A DNA stretch of 64,000 bases from Perna viridis (taxonomy: Eukaryota). Under the pieces are notes generated by a model. The model worked only from the letters and a program-made list of their open reading frames with translations. It had not been told where the DNA came from and did no database searches. How positions within the stretch are numbered: position 1 is the stretch's first letter; each line of letters begins with the position of its first letter. Shown one piece after another: positions 27,301 to 42,300 of this stretch. The position numbers were made by a program, and so were the translations under genes. Where the stretch lies: positions 34,881,626 to 34,945,625 of the forward strand of contig CM074516.1 of the NCBI GenBank assembly GCA_037379345.1, given 5' to 3'.

Positions 27301-30300
27301 TCACAGCTATGTGAAGTTATTGAGTAACTGTAGTCAGAGTGACGAGATTTGTCATATTCTATAGATGTGTAATTATTACAGGGGTCTGCCTGGGCTTCTG
27401 CAATTAAAAACAATTATTCGTTAATAAAATATATTATCACTTCAATCTTTACTGTAAACTGCTCATAACCATCATTGCTGAATACCTGTTAGTCTTAAAG
27501 TTGTCATGTTAAGCATACTTCTACTCCAATTCAGTTAAGTATACTCTTACTCCTTATCAGCCAACTTGAAACTGTTTAAGTCATATGATAAACATCTTAA
27601 ATAAAGAGCAAGTAAGAGATGTGCTGGGAACCTTTAAAGTGGAGATACAGCACATGTCATATAACACTACTCTGTAGAATGTGAGAAAGAATGACAGGAC
27701 CGACAAGATTATCAAAGTATAGCCCAATTCATATAACATTGCAGGGTTAATAAATGAAGGAAATTATAGAAAGCTGAATAATCAATAAAAAAATAAATAC
27801 TAATTTTAACCATATCATTTTTACTTGCCTGTGCAGTATCGACCACAACCACTAAAATATGGTGTCAGATAGAAGGAGTTGTAACCATGGCAATGCATAA
27901 CATAAACATCCCAGGATTGTTCACAGTTAGAATCATTTCCCACCTTACAGGCTTTCATTACAGCTGTCTCTCCATACTCAGTGGGATAGGTACCTACAGA
28001 GACACAAAATAGTCAGAATCATTTCCCACCTTACAAGCTTTCATCAAAGCTGTCTCTCCATACTCATTGGGAAAGGTACCGTCAGAGAAACAAATTAAGT
28101 TTGAGTCAATCCCCACATTGTAGGCTGTCATCATAATTTGTTTTACCAATAAGCATAATAAGATGATAAAGCTCATATCATAAGGGAAAATTTCATCAAA
28201 ATTTAAGGACTCATTAATAATAACTTCCTAACAATTTCAATTTCTATATAAATACATGTACAAGAGCTAAAATTCAATAATAACCCAGAAAATTCTTGCA
28301 AAAGGAAAACTTCTTATTCCATACTCAATTCACGTGAAGGAGCATTACAGATTAATTTAATAATTTCATTCTTCAATAATGCCAAAAAAAAATGTCTGTT
28401 TAGGGTTACATTCCTCCCAAAAATAGGGTAGGTCGGTCGGCATTTGCATTTTATTATTTTTTTTTCATTTTATTTTTTCTCGACTAAAATTGAGCCTATA
28501 TTTGTAAAATAGCATCATGTTTAAGTCATGAAAGTGTATGGTTTTAAGTAGAAAGTGTTAATTTTTAACATACAAACCTATTAATCATGTCTTTTATTAC
28601 AATACACTTATTTTTTGTAGAAATTTTGAACAAAATACAAGTACACTGTATTTACGCTTGGATTTACGTGATATAAATAAGTCTCCTATTCAAATGCTAT
28701 AGTAACCTGGTTTTTAACGTACTTTCGGTTTTACTGGAAATGATCCGTATTATATTTTGGAGAAAAAATGTATTAGGGTCTGGAGAAAAAATTAGGGTTG
28801 GTCCGGAAACCCGAAACAGACATATTTTTTTGCCCTAAGTATATAACTTACCATCGACCCATATGGGTGACCTTGACCCACACTGCAGTTGAGATGGTGA
28901 CCAAGTCAGCAAGTTTTCACTGGTACCAAATCTATACCATTGTTCCATATCAATATCATTCATGCCCATATAGTAACCATGGTAACTGTCACAGTATTCC
29001 TGTTCTCCAGGTTGGAGAGTATAGTTTACCAGTCTATTAATACTACTGGAGATGTAGTTGTAGGAATGACAGGGAGCTGTCCAACTTCTCTCCCAGGTTG
29101 TGTTCTGTGCTTCTGTAAAGGTTAGATTCTCAGTTGTATTCAAGAGTGAATAATGAATTCACAGTCTACACATTGTCAAGTATCAACCTAAACATTAACT
29201 CTATCATAGACAAAGGTATTTCATTGCAACACAATTTGCCATTCCAGAAATGAAAATCAGTGAGTTTACAGATTGATTGATTGATTCTGGTTTTACGCAT
29301 TACGGCAGACATTTAATGCATTCAGGATGAGAACATTTAACAAATGAACACACCCTGCAGTGTCTGACACACTGAGCCATAAATTTATTTGCAGGTATGT
29401 ATGTCACTCTACTTGGTCCATTACTCTTACTCTGAGCTATCCAGTTGTCAATACCATATGCCACATTCTTGGTTAAGAAGCAGTGACAACATATTTTGAA
29501 GTCTTTAGTAGGATTCAACTAAGGGATTGAACCTAAAACCTTTCACTTAAGAGGTCTGCATGCAACCACAAGACCATAAAGGTGTTTCATGTTACCATGA
29601 CAGCCAACAGCTTACACCAAGGTGATAAAGAACTTTATCAAGCATTATGTCAAAAATTCTGTGTAAAGAATAATTCCAGTTTTGAAGGTTTAGAAAGAAA
29701 TCTTACCAATATCACAAATAAGACATGATATTGGTGATGCTTTCAATCAAAACGCTGTTAGTAGTCAAAACTGGCAATGTTGATAAGTTGAAAATTTTGC
29801 AAGAATGAGTTTAGTAGTTGTACAGTGTCTACAATACATCCCTAGAGTTTTAGATACCCATAGATGCATGATGTTAAAGCCACACCCCTTATATACAGAA
29901 AACTATCTGCACGATCCTTGTGAGATTAGTCACATTAACTTTACTTACCTAAACAATATCTGCCACACATTCCATTATAATTTAGGTACATGATGTTATA
30001 AGATCCACATTTCTTGACAGGAACAGTCCAGCTGGAGGAACATGGCGATCCAGAATCTGATCCCTTACAGGCCTTCACATATGATATTTCTCCATCAGTT
30101 ACTGGTAATGATCCTAAAATGGCACAAGTACAATATCACTTAACCATATGGTGAAAGAATTTAGTACTCTAAACTACCAATTAGACATATACAACAAGTG
30201 TCCTCATAATTTTATCCTTTAAAAAAGCAGTATTTGATGCAGTTGTCAATTAAGAAAAATAGGACTCCATGTTTTATTGTTACATTACATTATCATTTCA

Positions 30301-33300
30301 AACTTTTAACTTGATAAATCAACCAGACTCACATTGACCTTAACCAAATGAACCCATTGATCTAATACCAATGACTGAACTTATTACTGGTCCATAAATA
30401 ATTGAAATCATTACTGACATGTAAACAACTCAACTTATTACTGGTCCATTAATAATTGAAATTATTACTGGGCAATGAATAACTGAACTCACTACTGGTC
30501 AATAAATAACTCAACTTATTACTGGGCAATGAATAACTGAACTCACTACTGGTCAATAAATAACTCAACTTATTACTGGGCCATGAATAACTGAACACAT
30601 TACTGGTTCATTAACTGAACTTATTACCGGTTCATAAATTAATGAAATCATATCATAGTACATATTCATCACTAGCCTGTAGGCCTTAATAAATATTCAA
30701 ATGTATCTAACCTTTCATCCAGATGGGTTCACTAGACCCACACTGTCCATACCCAACTGGACTCATTGCTGGTTCATAGTCTCCATCAAATCTGTACCAT
30801 CCTTTGGAGTAGTAATCACAATTAGAACCTCCCCAGTACTTATAATAGTCCATGTGTCTTGTGGAGTCATACTCTATCATGGTGTAGTTATTACATGGGT
30901 CCTCTTGTGGTTCTGAAAAAAAAAAAAAAAAAAATGAGACGATAAGCCTAAAACTAGCTACACATAACATTTAAAATGTTCATGGATTTCTTTTATGAGA
31001 CTGAATTGATTCCTTTTTTTTGTGTTTATATGGTTTGTAACTCTCGTTCTAGTTTCATTTTCCTACCGGAAATTTCAATGTAAAACTTATACAAATCAGA
31101 AGACCAATCTGCATTTTATTCTTTACTTCCGATATCTCAAAACCCTGCATTACAATGCAATATCTTCTATATATTTTCTTTTCTTAACACTTTTATCATG
31201 TACAAACATATATTTGTAATTTTGATCTGTATTTTTGACATAAAGATTTTTTAAAATTCTTATACATAACTTAACGTCCTGTAAACGACAAACTTTCCAT
31301 GCATATGAATGGTAGATTAAGATCCATTCTCATTAAACCAAGGCGTCACCTGACAAGACCTACATACCCTATACTGTCATAATTTAAAGAGAAAACTTTT
31401 TTCATTTTCTTTGGAGCTCTTGTTAACAATACTTAAATAAAACAGAAATTAGATGAAACAAAAGAGCAACATTACTTATCATCTATATTGAATAAGTGCA
31501 ACTAAATTATTTCTAATCAATACCCTAATACTTGGCTAACAACACATTACTGTGAAAGTACTTTAATTCATGGATACCAACTTTCGTGGATCAGGAAAAA
31601 AAACATAAGTTCATGGATTTTGAATTTGTGGTTTCCAAGTTTCAGTATAGTCAATGGGAATCTACAATTCATTAAGAACCAAATTTCGTGGTTTGACCTA
31701 CCCATGAAATCACGAAAATTGGTACCCCATGAACAATAGTACTTTCACAGAATTAAGATACACAACTACAGTAAAAAAAACTATAATTTTCAAAATACAT
31801 GTAGTGGAGATGCAGATGATTACATTAAACTTAGAAATGTCGACACTGCAAGAAACTGATGGGTATTTTCAATCTCTTTGTCCCAGCTTCATAATGTGGT
31901 GATGCACAAATAAACTGATACCAGATGATGAGAACCAGTCTTTATTGAAAGCGTGCATACATTTTTGTACATTAATTCTGAAGAACTCCTACCTGTACAA
32001 TATTTGCCACAGCCTTGGAAGTATGGTGTCAGATGAGCCACATTAAATCCATCACAATGCATGACATAGGTGTCCCATTTGTGTTCACAGTCGGAATCAT
32101 TGCTCATCTTACAGACCCTCATATGTGTCATCTCAGCATACTCTGTGGGATAGGTACCTAAAGGAGAAATAAAAAGAATCATTTTCCACCTTACAGACCC
32201 TCATGTGTGACATCTCAGCATAATCAGTAGGATATGTACCTAAAGGGAACAAAATATTAATTCAATTCAAATACAAGTTTCCTGCATTAGTTAGATTTCA
32301 AGTTGTATTCACGACATATAATTTATTTATAGCTTATACTTTTAAGAGCCTTCTTTCCACTCTTATTCCAAAAATTGTACATACAAATGGCAATGTCATA
32401 AAATTTTCTGGTAGATTTTCAGAGGTATCATAAACAACCAAAATATTCCATACATATATAGGTAATACAGTAAGACTTGTCTAAACTGAACCCTAAATAA
32501 AGTTAAACCCTTTCTAAACCAGACACTTTTTTGATGTCCTTTCATGTACATTAAAGTTATGATGTTTTTTAACCAAACAAATTTTATAGAGTGAAAAGAG
32601 TTCAATTTTGACAGGTCTCACTGTATATTTACAGTTCTTGTCCCAATCAGTTTAGACATGTCTTACAGTATATTTACATTTCTTGTCCCAATCAGTTTAG
32701 ACATGTCTCACAGTATATTTACAGTTCTTGAACCATCAAGTTGAAATATTCATGGTAGCCATGATTGTGTATATATTTATTCCTGAGCTGGACCAATACC
32801 TTTAAAGAGTGGCCTGCTCACTATGGCTTAGAGTTCTATTTAATATCAATGTCCAGCTAAGATTAAACTGGTACCTAATTATGACTCTTGCTTAATTCAG
32901 TCCATCTTAGTGCTTTCCAAATTTTTTTAAATTTCTAATTTATACAAAAAACAAATTTATACCTACCATCAAACCAGATGGGATAAAGAGATCCACAACT
33001 CAACTGTTCTGGAGGTTGATTCACGACATTCTCATAGTTCTCAAATCTGTACCAGTTATCATTGCTGATCTCCCCATTAGAGTAACCATGGTAACCATAG
33101 TGGTACCAATATTTACTGTCACATGATTCAGACTCTCCTGGTTGAAGGATATGATCTACTGTCCTCTCAAAACTACTGGGTACAACATTGTGATTGTGAC
33201 AAGGGTAGTCCCATGAGGTGGTATTTGTGGTGTTTCTGGACTCTAAAATTCAGAAAGATAAAAATTTCAATACTGTCTTAAATCAATACATTAAAGGTTA

Positions 33301-36300
33301 TCATCCTATGACAGATATTCCCTGCATTTCAGAATGAACAATCTAACAGACCTGCTTTGTACTAGTCTGACACACTGAGCTGGACCGGTAAAACCAATTT
33401 GTTTGATAATGCAGTAAATGGCAAGAGGAATATCTAATTGTTCAAAAAGTTTATTTAAAAACATATGTAATTACTAACACTAATACTGATGGAATATTAC
33501 CACAACCAATAACCCACATTCATGTTATGTTATTTACTCAGCACAACTTCATTTAATTATCTTTCCTCTTTCTGACTCTACCATAATACCTTTGGGTAAG
33601 TCAGCAAGGGATTTTTCATAACAATTCAATACAATTTTACAATCAGAATCCGCATATTTGTGGTTGCTAATTATCATGGTTTCTGTACAGTGAACATATC
33701 TGCGGGTATTATTTTTTCCAGTTTAAAAAATAATGGTTAGTGTTACATATATAATGTTGGAAATCAATTTTGCAGGTACTATTTTTCTCCCTTCCAGTCA
33801 ACAGTGAAAATACTAAATATTGGTAACTGGAAAATTTACACATGATTTAACATGTTTACAGCAACACAAATCTTATATCATAGAAGATTTTAAAGACATT
33901 CCGCTGTTTGAGAAGTAGAAACTAATTAATCTAGCATCTTTTTGTATAATAAAACAATATAAAAACATAGGGCAGACACCTGATCGTCTAACCTCTAGGA
34001 TATGAAATTCTCACATAGACAGTTTAACTAACCTAAGCAGTATGTCCTCTCACAGGTATTATCACTGCGTATGTACAGAATCTCTGCATCACCACATTTC
34101 ATTACTGGTACATTATAACTCCAGGAACAAGGGGAATAGTCTGATGCACTACAAGCTCGCAGATATGATATTTCTCTATCAACTGTAGGGAGGCTTCCTG
34201 TAAATTGATAAAACACAATGGAACTAATGTTAACATTATATAACTCTTACAACCAGAAAATGATGTCTGATTGGTTGGCGGAATTAAAAGGCTACAAAAA
34301 AATGAAAGCATTAATTTCAGGATCACACAGGACTCTAGAATATGCAGTTGTCAGACAAGAATGGTCAAATATACCCTCAAAAATCATACTCAAAATTCAT
34401 GACCCTTGGAAGTAATCAGAAGCATTACTGACCCAATCTAGATGTCAACTGATAAGTAATAACTCCAGAAAAGTAAAAAGATTTGCTAGTATCAAAGCCA
34501 TTTAGGTAGTCATTATAACTTACCTTTCATCCAAAAAGGATCAGATGTCCCACATTGTCCTGGACCTACAGGAGTTGTGGCTAGTTTATAGTCCCCTTCT
34601 ATGCCATACCAACCCTTATGTCTATATGTATGACAATTGTCTGAGCTATAGGGATCATAATAATCTGCATGTGTCGAGTTGTCATATGGTATCACAGTAT
34701 AGTTATCACACGGGTCTACTGCCAGCTCTACAATAGCAAGTTTATTTGCAGTTGTTAAAGTTTAAAATTGTGATAATAGTAACCTCATGACATTGTAAAA
34801 TGTTAACTCTAATACAACATTTTAGGTCAACTCAAGATCATTTCAAAAGAAGAGCAAAATGATGAGCTGCATTTCTTTACCATGATGGAAAAAGTTCACA
34901 TCCTTCCATTCAACTAAAACAGGTGATCTTCATCAACAGTTAATTTAACATGGTATGTTCATAACAGGAATACCAAAATAATATGGACAGAGCATCAGTG
35001 GCATCCTATATATGTAGACAGATTGAAACACGAATGGGCAAAAATCATTCTGTTGGATGACTGATGGAACTTTCAATGCAGGTGTAGAGTGATTGTTTTT
35101 TGAAAGTCTTGCATAATTCCTATTGGTCAAGACATTACCCATAACAACAATTATAGCAGTGAATCACCAACAAGTAATTATCCAAGTACAATTAGTTCCA
35201 CCCTTCACAGGCAAAGCCTCAAACACTTTTTCCTAATAATTACTGAAAACAGGCAGTTGTATAGACAGGCTTGACAGTATGTGCCAAATTTTGTCAAAAT
35301 TGAATGAAGAATGTCGGTTACAGTGTTCACATAGAAATGGCAGTCATGTTTGATATTTAATCAACTTATGGCAACCAACACAAGTTTTGAAAAATATATA
35401 TCACTGATGTTATTTGCAAAATTTGTATTTGATCTGCTCATTCAGATTTTTTCTAAAAACGTACACAATGACATACATCAAAAGTTGACTGAACATCCAT
35501 GTGAGATAAAAAAAAAAAACAAAGACAAAATCTAAAATACAAATACAAGATAACCAACCATCATGAAAGAAAGTCATAATTTTGTTATGAATGTCCTGTA
35601 ATAAGTTCTTAATTTTGCAAAATACAAATATAGACAGTTTATATCTATCTAGTCAATACAACTGAACAAAAACCTTACCCATACAATAACGTCCACACTC
35701 GTTGATATCAGGAGTGAGGTATGCCACGTTAGTGTCATTACATTTCATAACGTAGACATCCCAGCTGTGTTCACATTCAGATGTATTAGTGTTCATACAT
35801 GCCTGCATCACATTCATTTCTCCATATAAACTTGGGTAGGTACCTTAAAACAGTAAAATATATTCAAAGTTTAATTGCTTTAAAATAAATCATTACTTGT
35901 ACAAATATTTTCTAATTTATTTTTCTTTCAGATGTACATACTGTAAAATTTATTTGCAAGATGAACTGTGTAATAGCAATGTTCTACCTTAAGCTTGACA
36001 CAGAGTGAATATGGGTAGTTGTGTGAATCAGATAAAATGTTCTAAAATCAAATTAATTACAACAGTAAAGCTGTTCATTGTATATGAATTTAAGACAGTT
36101 TGTTTTAGCACCATTTGTTATAGCACCTTCACAAGTAGATCCTACAATTACCATTGAACACATCATGTACTTCTGATACAAAAACTTATAACATGTTTTG
36201 CAATGTGCAGCTTGATACAACTATAGAGGTTGAACCCTGAATAGTCGAGGCAAGTATGAACACATTATTCATGCTTGATACAGCTCTGAATTTGATTGCA

Positions 36301-39300
36301 ATTAAATATTTAGAGAGTGTAACAAGACCACAAGTGGTCCCTTTTTGGACTCCATTTTTATAAATGGACCTAGTCACAAGCCACAAGATCAATCTTAGTC
36401 TTCCTTTGGGGGTATGGCACTTTGTGGAAAATTTCAGAGATACATTTATTTGTAGTCAAGTAATAATCTGGACATCATGAAAATGCTTGTTTCTGGCCCC
36501 TAATTCCTAAACCTTTCAAGTCAAACCCTTGAAAATCAATTCCTGCCTTTCTTTTTGTGATATATACCATCTTGATCTATACACCTACACTCAAGTTATT
36601 GTCCAGAAACAAAATGTCTACGGCCCACAACTTGATAACATTATATAACTGCATTTTTAACTTGTGGTTGTAAAAAAACAGACATATAAATATATATCAA
36701 CCCATGACATGTTTACTCACCATTGAACCAGATTGGATACCATGATCCACAATCTCCTGGTTCAACTGACTCTGTCAGAAAATTTTCACCATTACTGAAT
36801 CTATACCATCCTTGTCTAGAAACAGTGTCAGAATTATAGTAGTCATGGTTACCATCACAGTAGAACCAATCATCATACTGACGTGTGTACTTAGAAGATC
36901 TCTCAAAACTACTGGGTATTTTTCTATAGTCGCTATACATGTAATCACTGTATCTATAATCATAGCATGGAGCGTCCCAAGTCTGGGTCCAAACTGGTTC
37001 CTTGGGTTCTGAGAATGTAATAGAAAAATTATCAGAAAACCCTTTTAGCACCCCTTGTCTTATTCCACAACAAACATTTGATGAGAAATCAACTACAGCA
37101 GTGCCTTTTCATTTAATCACCCATTTTAAAACTGCTAACCCCCTTAATTACCACCAGTCCACATTTTAGGTTTTCTTTACATTGAAATTCCTTGTACCTA
37201 ATGCCTTCCTCCCAAAAACTCTGATTTAAGCATGGCAGTTTACTGTAGCATTATATATTTGTTATATATTATATATCAGTTCTCCTTTGCTTCATCTTTG
37301 CATATCTACGTCCAAATTAGTATGCAGTATAACATGGTATTTCTATATAACATGTCAATATAAAAATAGTTACTATTAAAAACTTTGTATTCTCTTTAAA
37401 AAAATGCTGTGCCCTGATTAAAACAAAATATTTAAAGCGCCTGAATATTATCATCTGATTACAACAGTACGTACCAAGACAATATCTACCACACATTCCT
37501 CTTTGTTTCAAGTAGAAGATGTCAAAACCTCCACACTTCATTACAGGAACACTCCAGTTATACTGACAAGGATTTGAACCGGATACTTCACAGGCAAACA
37601 TATAGTCTATTGTATTCTCCTTGGTTGGGAAGTTTCCTGCAAACAAAGGTTTGAACAAGTTCTGAATTTGTTATCTACAATTAATTCATTTACAGTTAAA
37701 AACAAATGAAAAATTATCTTTTCCAATGTAATTAAATATGCATGCAACTATATACTAAAATAATAGAGGAGTTCTTACTTTGTGAGGTATTTTCCCAAAT
37801 TTCACAGCTGAGTTTTCTACAAATTCCATTAGAGAAAGCTTCTTCAGCAAAAATCTTGACATATATCATTTCTTTAATTCTCTTTGATGATAAAATTTAG
37901 TTTTCAACATGCTCTTTAAGGCTTGCATGCTGAAAACCTTAATTTTACCATCTCCAGTCAAGACATAGTTTGATTTGAAATATCAAGACCTATTCCTTCA
38001 CTCTTATGAGGCTGACATAATAGCAGATCTTATCCAAAAACAACATCATTTAGCTAGATCCTTTAATCCCAGTTTCCTCTATTTAAAGATGACATATTTT
38101 TGTTAAACAATCCTAGCTTTGGGGATTTTATACATCCCATCTACCCAAAAAACTTGAGATAAAGGATACTACAGACACTGTGAATTCAGTCTCATATCTT
38201 GACCTACACTTAGAGATCCATGGTAAAGGAAAACTATTGGCCAAATTACATGACAAATGTGATGACTTTAAATTCCATATTGTCAACTTCCCTTTCATCA
38301 GTGGCAACATCACTTCAGCAACTGCCTATTGAGTTTTTGTATCACAACTCATACGTTATACAAAGGCTTGCCTTAACTACTCATACTTTTTGTACCATGC
38401 TAGACTTGTTACATTTAGGCTGCCAGAACATGTTTATGTTGCTACAAGATTAAAGTTGTCACTACAGAAGTTTTATGGTTGTTATCACGACCTCGTGGAT
38501 TGTTGCAGTGTGTATCTGAAAACCTTACCTAGAGTAATATAGGTTGTTTTATCTTTTTATTTTTAATACACTTCTATCAATTTATATTTCTATATTGTAG
38601 TAGATGCTCCTTATACACATATACTATGTTCCTGAGATTATTTATAAACCCACCTAAAGAGCAAAAATCTGACTGACAAGACTAATGTATTGATTGCAAT
38701 ATTTTCAGAAAGATTCTGATCCTTGAAACCAATTGCAACAGGAAATTTATCGAAATTTTTGTACTGATATCTTCTATCCGTCATGTGGTTACATACCTTT
38801 CATCCAGATAGGATTGTAGTAGCCACAATGGTTTGGACCCAGTGGTTTGTTTTGTGGTTTATAATCTCCTTCAAACTTATACCATCCATCATTTAACCAA
38901 TCACAGCTGTACATGTACATGTAGTCTGTCACATTATCAGCATGTCGACTCTCATCATAGTCAATAATGGTGAAGTTAGAACAAGGATCTATGTCTTGTT
39001 CTAAAAAAAAAAAAAAAACAGTAGCATTAGTAGTATTTTTTTTCTCTGTAATGTACAGAGAAAGGAGTAAAACACTAAAAATGTAACTGCAGAAAAAATG
39101 TCATTGAACTTTCAATCGTTTGTAAAGAATTTTTATAATGATATATGTGTCCATTAATTTATGTTTCATCCTCATACGCAAAGCTTTTAAAACTGCAAAC
39201 CTAAGTCAGCGGTATGAAGGACTGACAGTTATTACGGGAGTGTTCTAGCTTATTAAAGGTAATAATGACCTATAAAGGAAATTAATTATTTCTTGGCATT

Positions 39301-42300
39301 TACAGAATTCATACCTATACAATATCTGCCGCAATCATATTCTCGTGGTACTGGTTTTAAATGAGCCACATTAAAATCTCCACAATTCATAACTGAAACA
39401 TTCCAGCTGTGATAACAGTCAGAATCATTGACCACCATACAGGCTGTCAAGTTAGATAACTCTCCATACTGGGTAGGATAAATACCATCTGAAAAAATTA
39501 ATGTAGTTTTTGTTGAAAATAAAGCTCATTATTGAAAAAATACTTCAAACGTCATTTTAGCAATGACATTCTTTTAAAAGATAAGTCATATCATGACATT
39601 ACATTTGTCTTTCTTGAGACCTTTTATTCCAAGGATTAATGATGACTTTCTAGAACTGAAAAGACTGTGAGCACAGTTCCCTAAAAGAAAACCTCTGCTC
39701 TCAAATTTTATTGTCTATATTGTCAAAATATAAACAAAATTATCAAACTGGAAGTCGAATACCACTTATGGCATACCTAACTAAAGCTTCTGTTAAAATA
39801 TCAACTGTTTGTGATGAATTCCTGATAATTCCCCCATCTGCTTGTGGCTTATACTAAAATTTGACCGTGTATACTATACAAGTTAGCTGGGTCCTACTTT
39901 TCTAACCCGCAGTCAATAAATAAAAATTGTTTATATCAGTCTAAAATGATAATGTTCTTTTTTCCTTACCATCAAGCCATATTGGTGATGTTGTTCCACA
40001 TTGTCCAGATTTTACCGGACGTGTGGGAATATCTTCTCCGCCATTAAATCTGTACCAATATTCATAGTAAATGTCATGATTATCTATATGGTTCTGATTA
40101 TCACAGTATTGTCTGTCTCCATCCTGTCTGGTATAGTTAACACTCCTCTCAAACTGGCTCGATACTACTTGGTGATTGTGACAAGGTACATCCCATGGAA
40201 TATCACCAGGCTCTGTAATACAGAAAATAAAACTACATCACCATTTTGTCTGTTGTAGTTAATGCTCAAACTGCTTATTATTGACATGAAAAGTTAAATC
40301 CTTAAATTAATTGAATGGATTTTGGCTCAGTGGTCAACTTCAGATCCTCTATGATTTGGTTATTTTATCGACTTCTTGGGCGACTAGAAATTTTTTATAT
40401 CACATCATGTGATAATGTGATATAAAGAAGTAATATAAAAAAAATTGGCCATTGTGATTGGTTGTTGTGTGATTGTGTGGCATTGCCTATAAAATCTGAT
40501 TGATCAAATGCAATGTTGTTCTCCAGGAACGATTGGAGTGTCATAGACAGACGATTGATAGGACTCCTGCCATGACAGATGATCAATAAGACTCCTGCCA
40601 TGACAGACAATCATTAGGACTCCTGCTATGACAGATGACCAATAGGACTCCCGCCATGATAGACGATCGATAGGACTCCTGCCATGACAGATGCCCAATT
40701 ATTCCAATAGAATCTTAGACTTAAGTTATCACTACAGAAAGTTTATGGTTGTCATGAACTCGTGAATCGTTACCGTGTATCCATCTGCACCATGAGAACT
40801 GATTTGTTTAACATGTCATAGTTTTCCTTTCCTATTTTGTCTACCCCAGACTTGACTTGTTATGAGCAACTCGGCGGGTGTTTATAGAAAAGCAGAGAAT
40901 GCTTTCCCTACCAGTGCATCTGGTCCATGCTCCCAGTTTTTAGTGGAGTCCAAGTTGCTCTTTTAATTTTGTATCTTTGTACTTTGTACCTGCAAAGGTT
41001 TGTTGTGAGGATGTTGAAATTGAATAACTTGCGTTGATAATTTAGGATATTCAACTTTTACTGGTACTTGATATGAAACCTATAAATTCATTATTAACAC
41101 TTCGATGATTCATATCAAATATAATTTTACTAAAACAATGAAATAAATATAACATATTAGTTGAATCTGCAGTTAAGGTAAATGATTGATTCTCACTTCC
41201 GAAAAGGTATTTACCTAGACAGTATCGCCCACAGTTGCCTGATGATTGTAGATAATAAATGCTGTAGTCTCCACATTTCATTGTTGGTATATCCCAGGTA
41301 TAGTAACAATGTGTATAAGAATACATGTCACTAGATTCACAGGCCTTTACATACTTTAGTTCTCCATCTACTGAGGGGAGGGTGTCTGGAATAAAAAGAG
41401 GAACAATTATGGCCAGGTAGAGAATCAATAAATATTACAATACATAAGAGTCTAATTCACAGGCTTTTAATACTTCAACAGGGAAATAAGTGTTTCATAT
41501 TCTGTCAATTTACAATTATAATGTCTTTCAATAAGACAATTGTACTATATGAATGAAAGTCAATTTATTAACATTTTTTTGTACCAACTTTGTGAAACAC
41601 TCGTTGGTACCAATAATGTGCCAAACATCTGCCATCAGCAATACAATGTTACTTTAAACTTTGATGCAGTGTTATCTAACATAAATCTTGACACCTACAC
41701 TTGTAGTTAAGTAGCAATCCATCTAAGAATCATGCAAAATGTGATTCATGGTTAGAAAGCCTACATATTTTTATTTTTGATATTTTGTTTTGAATTTTAT
41801 AGTTAACAGAAATTAATATGTGGCTTTTCATATACTCCATGCTCTTGGGAGATAAAAATTATAGAGAACATACTGAAGAATTCAAAATTAAAGGAGATAA
41901 CTCTGTAAATGACGCTAAAATACAAGAGAAACTATTGGATTTTCAATGTGGATTATCTCTGAAGAGCAGACAGATTGGAATGTATGATAATACATTTCAT
42001 CATATAGATCCACAAAACAACTTAATATCAAAAATAAAAATGTAAAACTTTTTAGATGAATCACATATTACAGAATTCGCATGATTCTTACAAAGACTGC
42101 TACTTAAGAACAAAATTATTGGGTTTAATATGGCTTGGCTTCAGTGAGTGAAGTTACAAGCATTGTCTTCCTTGGCATACCCCCAACTGTACAGGAAGTT
42201 GATATCAGAAAACATGCCAAAAAGTTAACAACATATGCCCTTCTACAAATTTTAAAGCCAAACACCTAATTTGAAATTGATCCATCCATTGGGAGCTAAG

